A DNA stretch of 64,000 nucleotides from a virus. The stretch lies in the IMG/VR virus record IMGVR_UViG_3300042563_002443. One strand, 5' to 3'. The translations under genes and the position numbers were made by a program. Within the stretch, counting starts at the first letter, position 1. Each line of letters opens with the position of its first letter. The notes below the pieces were generated by a model. The model searched no databases and was not told the origin of the DNA. It saw only the letters and a program-made list of their open reading frames with translations. Shown one piece after another: positions 39,027 through 48,397 of this stretch.

Positions 39027-39439
39027 AAACATCAGCACTAGCATTTACATTATCAATATCAACAACCATGTCATTTATTTGCACATACTTTTTTAATTTA
39101 ACAATGACATATTCAGAACAATATTTGGCATTAATTGCCGTAGTTTTTTTAGATGGGTTTTTTGGTGTAATTGCTGGAGCTAAACGTGAAGGATTCAAAA
39201 CATTTAAAGCATTAAGTGTTATTCGAACAGCAGCTGTTTGGTGCATGTTTTTAACTGTAATCTTATTGGTTGAACAAGGGTTTAAAGGCACCACGTGGTT
39301 AAGTGAAACAATACTAATACCATTTGTTATTTTCCAATTAATTAGTGCATTAAAAAATGCATCAATGTGCGGTTTTATTAAAGCCGACGTGTTAAATCAA
39401 ATTCTAGATCGCATCGACAATCATAAAGGTATTCGATAA
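39023..39439 (+). CDS. phage holin (holin_4_1 / toxin-secretion family)
   Basis: VFLDGFFGVIAG, QLISALKNA..G pattern, overlaps the endolysin. Confidence 0.75.
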   Translation: MKTSALAFTLSISTTMSFICTYFFNLTMTYSEQYLALIAVVFLDGFFGVIAGAKREGFKTFKALSVIRTAAVWCMFLTVILLVEQGFKGTTWLSETILIPFVIFQLISALKNASMCGFIKADVLNQILDRIDNHKGIR

Positions 39440-39485
39440 ACGGTTTTAATCTTTGAAACAACAACATAATTCATTATATTATAAT

Positions 39486-39836
39486 ATGAATTATCGATAC
39501 ATTGTAATGTCATATCTCATGTTTATGTTTGGACAAGCAATAGTTTGGATACAAACAAATGGGCCTATCATATGGCCATGGGCAAGACAATATAAATTTC
39601 CATTAATGCTCTTAGGAGTCCCCATTACCTGGTTATTCATGGAGGCAACTAGCCTAGTTGTACAAGGATTTAATGGAGAATTCTGGCCCGGTAGATTCAT
39701 GTCATTTACGGCAGGGATCATTATTTTTACGGCTATGACTTACTTATTTAAATCAGAAGGTATTAATATTAAGACTACAATCTCACTTGCATTAGCATTT
39801 GCACTTATATTAGTGCAACTCTTTTGGAAATCCTGA
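39486..39836 (+). CDS. 4-TM small membrane protein
   Basis: SMR/DMT-like size and hydrophobicity; own promoter at 39452-39480. Confidence 0.6.
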   Translation: MNYRYIVMSYLMFMFGQAIVWIQTNGPIIWPWARQYKFPLMLLGVPITWLFMEATSLVVQGFNGEFWPGRFMSFTAGIIIFTAMTYLFKSEGINIKTTISLALAFALILVQLFWKS

Positions 39837-39859
39837 TATTTATATTAAAAGAAATTAAT

Positions 39860-41671
39860 ATGAATAGATCGTTCATTAAACAAATTGTTTTAAATGAAAT
39901 ATATAATGTTCAACAATCACAAATAGTGTTGTTAGAATCAGTATCATCTTGGCCCGAAATACAAAAAATATTTGCATCAAATAATATTAGCCCATGGACT
40001 TTTAGGGGACTAGAAGCATATTCGTACGATGATGCTATATTAGGACGATTAGCTATATATAGTGATGGAAATGCAGACATAAAAGCTACAAATAAGACTG
40101 TACCATGGGAGTTCAAAAATAATTCAATTTATATAGATGGACAACCAATCAAAATAGAGCAAATTACACAATCAATTCAAAAAATAAAAGATACACAAAA
40201 AACTCGTGCAGCACAAAAAGCTCAAGGCAAAGCTATTCAATATAACAAGCTAGAAACTATTGATAAAATACAAACAGCATTAGATTGGTTAGGATTTATT
40301 CCTGGTTATGGTGATATCTTAGATGCAATCAATGCAATCATGTATTTTGCTCGTGGAAAGTATTTAGATGGCGCACTTTCATTGGTAGCAATTATTCCAG
40401 TAATAGGATCAGGCATTAAACTTGGACTTAAAGGAACAATAGATGCTGCCGGAGGCACGTTTACGGCTGCTAGGATTTGGAAAAAAGCTGCAAAAGGAAA
40501 TACAACTGAATTAGTTGATTTTTATAAATTAGCTATTCAATCAGGAAAACTAAATAAAATACAATTACAAGCAATTGCTAAGAAAGGCGATGCTGTTGCG
40601 CAGCTGCTTCTTAAAGGTAAACGCGCATTAAAAAACTATGCTCCTGGCACATCCATGGATGCTGTAATGAAACAAATAGATGAAATATCAGCATTAATTC
40701 GTAATACAACAAGCGTACCAATTAAGCAATCAATGCTTTCAAAAATAAGAGCTGCAATTAAAGCATCTAAAATTGCTAGCAAAACTGCCGGTGCTGGTAA
40801 ACTTGCATTTAAACTAGGCGCAAATGCAGTAACTTTTGGTGGATATGGAATTGCCGTTAATTTGATTAAAAAATTAGGTATTGGCAAACGCGAAATGATG
40901 TATCTTAAAGATGCAATGGATTTTAGATTCATGAAAAAGATTACCTCTAATTCAACATTAACTACAGCAATGTTTAAATCAAACAAAAAACTTACAGCTC
41001 GCGAGTTAGCTTCTTTAGGAATTCCTCCATGGATTTATGCTAGGCCAACCAAAGAAATGTATAACTGGTTTAATACATTACAAAAAACTAATCCACTGAA
41101 ATGGAAACAAATTAGTAATACGATTGGAAAACAGTCAGCTGATGCAAATAATCCATATTATGCAAAATTTGTTGAGAATGCATTTTCACAAGCATCTAAC
41201 ATATTTAGACCCGGCACGGTTTTGAAAGCAGGTTATCCAGAAATGTTTGCAAAGGTATTTAAATTGGATTCATATCGATTATCTAATCCTAAAAATTTAG
41301 ATATTGTAAAAAATGAAATTGAAGATTTAGCAGAGAAGTTAGGTCTAGACCCGCAAGATGATCCACAAGCTGTAATAATGCCTGCCATCTTTATGGTGTT
41401 CAATAAATTTTTGATAGAGTCAAAAGAAGCTGTTATGGGAACTGCAATAGGAGGCGCAGCTATATCAGCATTAGGCGGCGAAGATTCAACATCAAATGCA
41501 GAAACAAGTATACCAGGCGGTACGGTAGTTGATACGTCTTTAGAGAATTCAATTGAAACTGAATTTAAACAAGCACCAGGAACAACTACAGAAAAATTGC
41601 AAACGCTAGTAGATAAAGGATTTGAAGAAGCTCAAATATATGCGTTAAAAAAGGCATTGGATATAGAATGA
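39860..41671 (+). CDS. large late protein with pre-toxin TG-like domain
   Basis: LDWLGFIPGYGDILDAINA...ARGKYLDGALSLVAIIPVIG; ATATTTAT at 39836; leader KQIVLNE. Confidence 0.65.
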   Translation: MNRSFIKQIVLNEIYNVQQSQIVLLESVSSWPEIQKIFASNNISPWTFRGLEAYSYDDAILGRLAIYSDGNADIKATNKTVPWEFKNNSIYIDGQPIKIEQITQSIQKIKDTQKTRAAQKAQGKAIQYNKLETIDKIQTALDWLGFIPGYGDILDAINAIMYFARGKYLDGALSLVAIIPVIGSGIKLGLKGTIDAAGGTFTAARIWKKAAKGNTTELVDFYKLAIQSGKLNKIQLQAIAKKGDAVAQLLLKGKRALKNYAPGTSMDAVMKQIDEISALIRNTTSVPIKQSMLSKIRAAIKASKIASKTAGAGKLAFKLGANAVTFGGYGIAVNLIKKLGIGKREMMYLKDAMDFRFMKKITSNSTLTTAMFKSNKKLTARELASLGIPPWIYARPTKEMYNWFNTLQKTNPLKWKQISNTIGKQSADANNPYYAKFVENAFSQASNIFRPGTVLKAGYPEMFAKVFKLDSYRLSNPKNLDIVKNEIEDLAEKLGLDPQDDPQAVIMPAIFMVFNKFLIESKEAVMGTAIGGAAISALGGEDSTSNAETSIPGGTVVDTSLENSIETEFKQAPGTTTEKLQTLVDKGFEEAQIYALKKALDIE

Positions 41672-43023
41672 TAACAGAATATGAATCACAACATGAATTG
41701 AATCCATCTCTTTGGATAGGACATGAATTACGTCCTAAGGTTCGTATTGGTCTTATAAAAATAGCAAAAGCATTCTATGATTTTTTAGAAGTTGATGTTG
41801 ATATATTAGATGTTATTTTAATTGGTAGCAATGCTAATTATAATTGGACACGGTGGAGTGACATTGATTTACATGTTGTAATTAATTATATGAATGTCGG
41901 CGACAATATGCATATTGTAAGTAATTACATGCACGCTAAAAAAAGTGTATGGAACGTAAATTATCCATTACAATATCAGGGAATGAATATTGAATTGTAT
42001 GCACAAGATTCAAATCAAGAACTTCATTCATCAGTAGGAATATTTTCGCTTATGAACAACAAATGGTTGAATCAACCAAATGCAGAACAAATTTCAATTG
42101 ATGATGCGGCTATTCAAAATAAAACAGAACCATATGAATTTGAAATTGATTCTTTAAAAGATACAGACCCGCAAGCCGACAAAAAAATTGCTAGCATAAA
42201 ACAAAGATTGCGTCATTTACGACAAACAGGTTTAGATACAGAAGGCGAATATTCAATTGAGAATATGGCATATAAACATCTACGTAATCACGGCTATTTA
42301 GAACGTTTAAAACAATTAGAACAAAAAATAAAAAGAGGGCGTCTGTCATTAGAACATGCAGTAAATGAACTCAATGTGCCGGCTATGGCTAACAATGCAA
42401 AAGATCAAGTAAAAAAGTTTGTTGGCGCCATAAAGACAGAGACATCTGAGACAAAACAGGCCATGACCATGCTTCTTCAACATCTTAATGGCGACAAACT
42501 AACGCCAGAACAATGGAAATGGGTTCGCAATCAAATGAAGGATGTTATTAAACTACTAGGCTTAACTACAATGGCAATAGCCCCAGGCGGAGCTTTAGTA
42601 GCAATGTTAGCAAAAGTACTTAAAGCTGATAAATACATGTTGCCATCTTCAATGCAACCCGATGATCATAAAGAAATTACCGAAGAATTAATAATGCACA
42701 TCACAGGTAAAAAGAAATTAGAAAAATCAGGTTGGGACAACATAATAAAAAAAACTAGTGCAGTAGTTGATCCTATGGGCCAATGGAATCACCCAGGTAA
42801 ATGCACAATGATACAAACACCAAATGGTGGAATTACAATGCGCAATGTTCCGCATCCTGTACTAGGAATTGATGACACCGGTCACATGTTAATGATGCAA
42901 CCAGAACATGATTATAAATTTCCAGGACATGATGTTTTTGAAATTCCACACACAGCACAATATCAAACAATGATTATGCAACTAACAAATACAGCTAACA
43001 ACGGAAGTATATATGCAAAGTAA
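41668..43023 (+). CDS. multidomain protein: Pol-beta-type nucleotidyltransferase plus two further modules
   Basis: GSNANYNWTRWSDIDLHV (GS-x-DxD), IELYAQD; helical module; C-terminal DPMGQW...MMQP..DYKFPG module. Confidence 0.72.
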   Translation: MITEYESQHELNPSLWIGHELRPKVRIGLIKIAKAFYDFLEVDVDILDVILIGSNANYNWTRWSDIDLHVVINYMNVGDNMHIVSNYMHAKKSVWNVNYPLQYQGMNIELYAQDSNQELHSSVGIFSLMNNKWLNQPNAEQISIDDAAIQNKTEPYEFEIDSLKDTDPQADKKIASIKQRLRHLRQTGLDTEGEYSIENMAYKHLRNHGYLERLKQLEQKIKRGRLSLEHAVNELNVPAMANNAKDQVKKFVGAIKTETSETKQAMTMLLQHLNGDKLTPEQWKWVRNQMKDVIKLLGLTTMAIAPGGALVAMLAKVLKADKYMLPSSMQPDDHKEITEELIMHITGKKKLEKSGWDNIIKKTSAVVDPMGQWNHPGKCTMIQTPNGGITMRNVPHPVLGIDDTGHMLMMQPEHDYKFPGHDVFEIPHTAQYQTMIMQLTNTANNGSIYAK

Positions 43024-43195
43024 AGGATTAGGCGACGATATTAAAAAAATAACATCAGCAACAAGATTAGATCAAATTGCAAAAAAAATTGCACAATTAT
43101 TAAATGAAGATTGTGGTTGTGATGATCGACAACAATGGATCAATGAAAAAACAAAAAATTGGCCAATGTACAAAAACAAAGAATCGAACAAGTAA
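43013..43195 (+). CDS. small phage protein (KGLGD...DCGC type)
   Basis: SKGLGDDIKKIT...EDCGCDDR. Confidence 0.6.
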   Translation: MQSKGLGDDIKKITSATRLDQIAKKIAQLLNEDCGCDDRQQWINEKTKNWPMYKNKESNK

Positions 43196-43223
43196 TATAT
43201 TTATATAAAAAAAAGGAATAAAA

Positions 43224-43394
43224 ATGAAATTGACAAAAGAACAACTTTTAGGTATTGTAAGACATACTTTAACGTTTATCGGTGGTATAGTTATAGCAAG
43301 AGGACTTGTTGACGAAACTCTTGTAACAGAGTGTATTGGTGGTGTTTTAACATTAACTGGTGCTATTTGGTCTATTATCAATAAAAACAAATAA
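43224..43394 (+). CDS. 56-aa 2-TM holin-like protein (not in the ORF track)
   Basis: MKLTKEQLLGIVRHTLTFIGGIVIARG...GAIWSIINKNK; AAGGA upstream; ATATTTAT at 43197. Confidence 0.7.
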   Translation: MKLTKEQLLGIVRHTLTFIGGIVIARGLVDETLVTECIGGVLTLTGAIWSIINKNK

Positions 43395-43398
43395 GATC

Positions 43399-43845
43399 AT
43401 GAGTCATTGTAATTGCCCTAGCACTTGCACATGTAATTCTAAAGACGGCAACTACATGTTCTTTGGTAATTTAAAAATTATTAAAAAACATGTAGATGCA
43501 ATGTTACAAATGGATCCAGAACATGTACAGGAAATATTAAGTAATGGACATGATTGGGCAGCAGACCATATTGCAACATCAAAAGACGATGTAGAAGAAG
43601 TTGCCGGATTCTTAATGAATGAAGTTGGACAAGACAATGATGATTATAATATGCAGCAACCACAGTTTGTTCCTGCAGGGTTTAAAAATCATCTCAAACA
43701 AATGATGCCAGAACGCATTGAAAAGACTAAAGCTGGATATTTTGCTACTACTAAAACAGGTAGACGATTATCTCAACAAGCTAAAACTAAAAGGGCAGCA
43801 TTGTCTCAATTAGCAGCAATTGAAATTGCAAAACATAAAAAGTAA
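43399..43845 (+). CDS. hypothetical late protein
   Basis: ATG at 43399; NGHDWAADHIATSKDD; internal LKQMMPE before a basic module. Confidence 0.65.
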   Translation: MSHCNCPSTCTCNSKDGNYMFFGNLKIIKKHVDAMLQMDPEHVQEILSNGHDWAADHIATSKDDVEEVAGFLMNEVGQDNDDYNMQQPQFVPAGFKNHLKQMMPERIEKTKAGYFATTKTGRRLSQQAKTKRAALSQLAAIEIAKHKK

Positions 43846-44252
43846 TGGAAAAACTAAAACATTTACTCGTAGAAGCAAAAACAGGTTGCCCAATTGCAAC
43901 ACAAGATATTCATGTTAATTTGAAGAATCGTCAACATGGAATTGATGAATATCATTACGGACCAGCAAACCCAGATAAGCCAGGCAAATATTGGAAAGAT
44001 GCAGCTAAGCGTTGGAAAACTGATGAAGCTACTGCTAAAACAATGCGTTGTGCCAATTGTGCCGCATTTGATATATCGGATAAGATGTACGATTGTATGA
44101 CTAAAGGAATTGAAGGCGATGAAAAAAACATCGATGCATTAGCTACGATCGAAATGGGTGATTTAGGTTATTGTAACTTTCTTCACTTTAAATGTGCTGG
44201 GTCAAGAAGTTGTGCAGCATGGGTAACGGGCGGACCAATATTTAAAAAATAA
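43845..44252 (+). CDS. Cys-rich late protein with MEKLKHLLVE leader
   Basis: CPIATQD, CANCAAF, GYC..HFKC...RSC. Confidence 0.7.
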   Translation: MEKLKHLLVEAKTGCPIATQDIHVNLKNRQHGIDEYHYGPANPDKPGKYWKDAAKRWKTDEATAKTMRCANCAAFDISDKMYDCMTKGIEGDEKNIDALATIEMGDLGYCNFLHFKCAGSRSCAAWVTGGPIFKK

Positions 44253-44255
44253 AAT

Positions 44256-44882
44256 ATGAATATAGAAAATACAACATTTAATCCAAATCCATATTGGAAT
44301 ATAAAATTAGAAAATGTTGATATTTTAAATGATACACATTGTACCAATTTATTTGATCAAAATGGATATCATTTAACTACAATCGAACAACAATATGCAG
44401 ATATCAACGGTTATCCAAAAAACGTGCGGCGACATGAAACTGTAATACGACAACCATGGATTGTATGGGATAAGTTTGACGGCGCACACATCAATCATTC
44501 GGACTTATTCGAACGAAAAGCATATACTGATTCTGCCTTAGAACAATTAACGCAGTATGCATCATCTAATCCTATGTTATATAAAATTATCAAAATGAAA
44601 CCCAAATGGGGCATTGATATTTCTATAGATTATGTATCTAAAAATTCAGTATTTGAAGTATTTCATTATGAATGGGATTCATTTGATTATGAATTAATAC
44701 ATGAAAAGAAATTAGAAATTGAAAATTTTGTAATAAATAATGATTGGGATGATGTTGCAAAACGATTATGGCAATTAAAAGATGACTGGTTTTATTTAGA
44801 TTTCTTTGAACAAACAAAATGGAGAACTAATTACTTTGGACTATCTCCAGAAAAATTTAAAAATGTTATTTGGAACAATTGA
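44256..44882 (+). CDS. hypothetical protein
   Basis: FDQNGY, HINHS, KWGIDISIDY. Confidence 0.7.
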   Translation: MNIENTTFNPNPYWNIKLENVDILNDTHCTNLFDQNGYHLTTIEQQYADINGYPKNVRRHETVIRQPWIVWDKFDGAHINHSDLFERKAYTDSALEQLTQYASSNPMLYKIIKMKPKWGIDISIDYVSKNSVFEVFHYEWDSFDYELIHEKKLEIENFVINNDWDDVAKRLWQLKDDWFYLDFFEQTKWRTNYFGLSPEKFKNVIWNN

Positions 44883-44893
44883 TATTTATTAAT

Positions 44894-45226
44894 ATGAAAC
44901 TATATAATTTATTATTTGAATCCAAACAAACTAACGATAAGTTTGAGGAATTTGCAGAGACTCGAGGCAAAGGCGCTGCTAAGATAGCTACAACTGCTGA
45001 AGAAAAAGGCGGTCTGGCGCTATTAACATGGCATCACTTTAAAGTGAAAGCTGCATATTATCGCCGAGCTACTGCAGGTAAATTTGATATTAATTCTGCA
45101 AAAAAAGAATTCGCTGAAACACTTAAAAAGATTTCATTGGGTATGACAGCAATTGAATTTCAACGTGAAGTGGGTCGATTGGAAGTATTAGGCGAATTAA
45201 TTATACGTGATCAAAAAGGCAAATAA
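44894..45226 (+). CDS. late protein with MKLYNLLFE leader
   Basis: GATATTTATTAATATG start context. Confidence 0.7.
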   Translation: MKLYNLLFESKQTNDKFEEFAETRGKGAAKIATTAEEKGGLALLTWHHFKVKAAYYRRATAGKFDINSAKKEFAETLKKISLGMTAIEFQREVGRLEVLGELIIRDQKGK

Positions 45227-46023
45227 TGATTCGCTTAAAACATTTATTAACTGAAACTACTATTGACACAGCAATTTATTGGGCAAAAACATTTCAGGCT
45301 GATTTAGGATTAACACCTGAAGCAGCATCAGCTATGGCTGCTAACATACAACATGAAAGTGAATTCCTCCCACATAGAATTCAGGGTTCGGGAGTTAAAA
45401 CAGGAACATTGTCTGACTCTGGAGATTTAGGATATAGTTGGGCACAATGGACATATCCTGCTAGAAAACAAGCATACCGCGATCATGTTTTAAACAAATT
45501 TAAAGTAGACATAAAAAAAAATCCGGCAACTAACATGCACGCATATTCATTTTTAAAAAATGAAATAAATAATCATCCTGGGTTTGATTTTGATGTATTT
45601 AAAAAATCAAAAGATATAAATGCTGCTACAGAAGATTTTGTAACTAATTATGAACAAGCAGGTAAGCCTATGTTAAAACAACGGCAAGCAATTGCTCGAG
45701 AAATTTTAAATAAAATAAAACCAAAATCAAAAAAACCTATCGACACATGGAAATCTACAGTACGTAGTGCAGTCAATATGGCTACCGATATAAATAAGTC
45801 AGTTACACATACAGTTAAATCAGGCGACACATTATCAGAATTAGCAGCAAAATATAAAATTACGGTTCAACAATTAAAACAAATCAACGGATTAACTTCA
45901 GACAACATAAAAATTGGTCAAAAACTGTATGTTCAATTAACTAAACCAACTCCCAATAAAAAATCTAATACAACGGTTCCTAAACAAACTATTAAAGATA
46001 CTCCATGGGACGATATGTTTTAA
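45226..46023 (+). CDS. phage-tail-lysozyme-like domain + LysM, with MIRLKHLLTE leader
   Basis: ANIQHES, GYSWAQWT..RK, F..NYEQ; LysM HTVKSGDTLSELA...N..IKIGQKL. Confidence 0.82.
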   Translation: MIRLKHLLTETTIDTAIYWAKTFQADLGLTPEAASAMAANIQHESEFLPHRIQGSGVKTGTLSDSGDLGYSWAQWTYPARKQAYRDHVLNKFKVDIKKNPATNMHAYSFLKNEINNHPGFDFDVFKKSKDINAATEDFVTNYEQAGKPMLKQRQAIAREILNKIKPKSKKPIDTWKSTVRSAVNMATDINKSVTHTVKSGDTLSELAAKYKITVQQLKQINGLTSDNIKIGQKLYVQLTKPTPNKKSNTTVPKQTIKDTPWDDMF

Positions 46024-46074
46024 AACAAATAACATGATTCTTGGATTATTTAATTTATTTATATATTATAAATT

Positions 46075-46272
46075 ATGGAAGAGAACTTTATCGACAAGTT
46101 GTTAATCACAGCTATAAATCATATGTCGACTAATAAGTGGGAATGGCCTAAAACGTGGGATAAATTTAAAAAGAAACAGTTTCTTCATCAATGTTTAGCG
46201 TATGCTGAACAAAATGAGTATTACGAACAATGTGCAATAATTAGAGATGTTGAAAAAACAATTATTAAATAA
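46075..46272 (+). CDS. hypothetical protein (UVR-like C-terminus)
   Basis: EYYEQCAIIRD; promoter at 46041-46069. Confidence 0.55.
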   Translation: MEENFIDKLLITAINHMSTNKWEWPKTWDKFKKKQFLHQCLAYAEQNEYYEQCAIIRDVEKTIIK

Positions 46273-46516
46273 ACGGGGCACCTGGCTAGTAATATTACAT
46301 AATGATGATCAAAATACATTTGATCATGTTGTAAATTGCTTAATGGATATATGTCAACATGGTTATATACAAGCAGCGCAATGTGCACACGTTGTACATA
46401 CGGCGTTACGTTGTGATATTTTTATAGATTCATATGAAGAATGTTTAATAGTACGAGATGAATTAAAAGAGCAAGGTTTGTCAGTTACACTTACAAAATA
46501 TAAAAAACATGATTAA
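46247..46516 (+). CDS. clpS: ClpS-like Clp protease adaptor
   Basis: VILHNDDQNTFDHVV..L, VH..., L...GL. Confidence 0.8.
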   Translation: MLKKQLLNKRGTWLVILHNDDQNTFDHVVNCLMDICQHGYIQAAQCAHVVHTALRCDIFIDSYEECLIVRDELKEQGLSVTLTKYKKHD

Positions 46517-46688
46517 TTGGATAACAAATATTAAAATTGGGTTGCTTCATGCAACATATCATAGAAATATAAAAAAAGCAGATATGGCCCGGGAATCATT
46601 CAATGTTATTGAATTTAAAAAATATATTTACCGAGCAGAAGATGCTTGGAGAAAACTAGTTATATTACAAGAAAAAATAAAAAAATAA
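46509..46688 (+). CDS. 59-aa hypothetical protein (not in the ORF track)
   Basis: MINWITNIKIGLLHATYHRN...QEKIKK; fills the gap, overlapping the clpS stop. Confidence 0.55.
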   Translation: MINWITNIKIGLLHATYHRNIKKADMARESFNVIEFKKYIYRAEDAWRKLVILQEKIKK

Positions 46689-46691
46689 GTT

Positions 46692-47078
46692 ATGGGAAAA
46701 AAATCAGCACACACAGGAATGTCTCCAAAAGACCGTTCAATCAATTTAATGGATAAGTTTATATCCAGAAACCAAAAACGCCAAGAAGGAAATCCATTCC
46801 TTTCTGCAATACGAAAAGATCCAAATATCTCGGTTGATATGTGGCCATTGAAAGATCAAATTGAATATTGGGAAAATAGAACCGATGCAGATCGTTTCAA
46901 TGATAAATTTACATCATATTCAACATGGTATTCAGATGTAAGAACGCAAAGTGGAATCTACAAAGAAACATTTATGGATTATACTTCAAAGTTAACAGTA
47001 GAACTTCATGAAATGTTTAACAAGAAATTGTTTCCAAAACAAGCAGTATTAGAACTAAGAAAACTAGGCGTATATTAA
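46692..47078 (+). CDS. hypothetical protein
   Basis: ORF in operon. Confidence 0.65.
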   Translation: MGKKSAHTGMSPKDRSINLMDKFISRNQKRQEGNPFLSAIRKDPNISVDMWPLKDQIEYWENRTDADRFNDKFTSYSTWYSDVRTQSGIYKETFMDYTSKLTVELHEMFNKKLFPKQAVLELRKLGVY

Positions 47079-47636
47079 ATGGGTGACGAACCACAATATA
47101 AGTATGTTTATGGACGTGGTAGATCGTCACTAGATTTACCTGAAACTGATATTCGATATGCTATGGCCAATACAAAGTCAAATGCAGAGGCATCACGTTT
47201 CTTAAAGGTATCATTTACTACATATAAAAAATATGCTAAGCTGTATATTGATAGAGAGACAGATAAAACTCTTTATGATATGCATACCAATCAAGCCGGG
47301 GTAGGTATTGCTAAAGATACAGTTAAAGCAACCGCCGGCGCATATAGTATAGATACAATTCTAGAAGGACATCATCCAAATTATCCAACATGGAAGATTC
47401 GTAACAGGCTATTGGCTTTAGGTATTATGAAAGAATGTTGTGATAGCTGCGGATATGAAGAACGACGAATAACAGATGATACGGTACCATTGCTTTTAGA
47501 TCATGTTGACGGAGATGAAACCAATCATCATATTGATAATTTGCAAATGCTTTGTCTCAATTGTTATTATCAGCAAACCGGAAATCCTTTCAACAAAGAC
47601 AAAGAAACTTGGTGGAACTATAATTTACTAGATTGA
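47079..47636 (+). CDS. HTH + HNH-type zinc-finger nuclease-domain protein
   Basis: SNAEASRFLKVSFTTYKKY; CDSCG...LDHVDGDETNH..NLQMLCLNC. Confidence 0.75.
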   Translation: MGDEPQYKYVYGRGRSSLDLPETDIRYAMANTKSNAEASRFLKVSFTTYKKYAKLYIDRETDKTLYDMHTNQAGVGIAKDTVKATAGAYSIDTILEGHHPNYPTWKIRNRLLALGIMKECCDSCGYEERRITDDTVPLLLDHVDGDETNHHIDNLQMLCLNCYYQQTGNPFNKDKETWWNYNLLD

Positions 47637-47647
47637 TATTTATTAAT

Positions 47648-48397
47648 ATGATATCAATGAAATCACTTATTATTGAAGGTCGTTATGATAGTTTAGTAAC
47701 TACATTATCAAACAAGCTATTACAAGTAATAAAAGACAGTTATGCTGCAACAACCGATCCAGATGGAAAATTTGCTGGAGAAAAAATATATTTTAAACGA
47801 GGCGAAACTTTAGCAGATATTAATGACGATGCCGAACAAGATAAAATATATTTTGAGGAAATTGAAAATGATACAATACCTGTAGAATTTTATTTATCAC
47901 TCAAAGTTCAATGGATTGAAGATCTACCTGATTTTAGCTCCGGAGGTGATATTTTTAATCAAACAACAAAACATGCAGATCAGCCGCCATTAATAGAAAT
48001 ACGATTTAAAATTAATCCTGCAGAATATCCTAGAATATTATCTGAAATTGCTATGCAACTAAGAGATACATTGCGTCACGAAATTGAACATGCTACTCAA
48101 AGTGGATGGAACATGATTGACAGCAAATTTATTTATTCTGATCAAGCAATGAGAACCAGGATTGAATCTGGTAATTTACCTGCTGCTCGCTATTTTACGT
48201 TGCCCAAAGAAATACCAGCAATGATTCAAGGCCTGTATTTTAAAGCAAAAAAATCAAAAACTCCCCTTAAGGATGTTGTTAATGACTATTTAGATATTTG
48301 GGTATCTGACAATACTATTACATTGCAAGACAAAGAATTTATATTAAAAACTTGGAGATCATATCTTCCAAAGCTAGGAATAAGACAGGAACTATAA
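47648..48397 (+). CDS. late protein with MISMKSLIIE leader and HExxH (zincin-like) motif
   Basis: LRHEIEHATQ, EIPA; GATATTTATTAATATG start context. Confidence 0.68.
   Translation: MISMKSLIIEGRYDSLVTTLSNKLLQVIKDSYAATTDPDGKFAGEKIYFKRGETLADINDDAEQDKIYFEEIENDTIPVEFYLSLKVQWIEDLPDFSSGGDIFNQTTKHADQPPLIEIRFKINPAEYPRILSEIAMQLRDTLRHEIEHATQSGWNMIDSKFIYSDQAMRTRIESGNLPAARYFTLPKEIPAMIQGLYFKAKKSKTPLKDVVNDYLDIWVSDNTITLQDKEFILKTWRSYLPKLGIRQEL

Noticed and set aside
47079-47636. Active homing endonuclease / mobile element
   Set aside because: It sits in-operon, the last HNH His is replaced (CLNCY), and there are no flanking signs of insertion; more likely a resident DNA-binding protein
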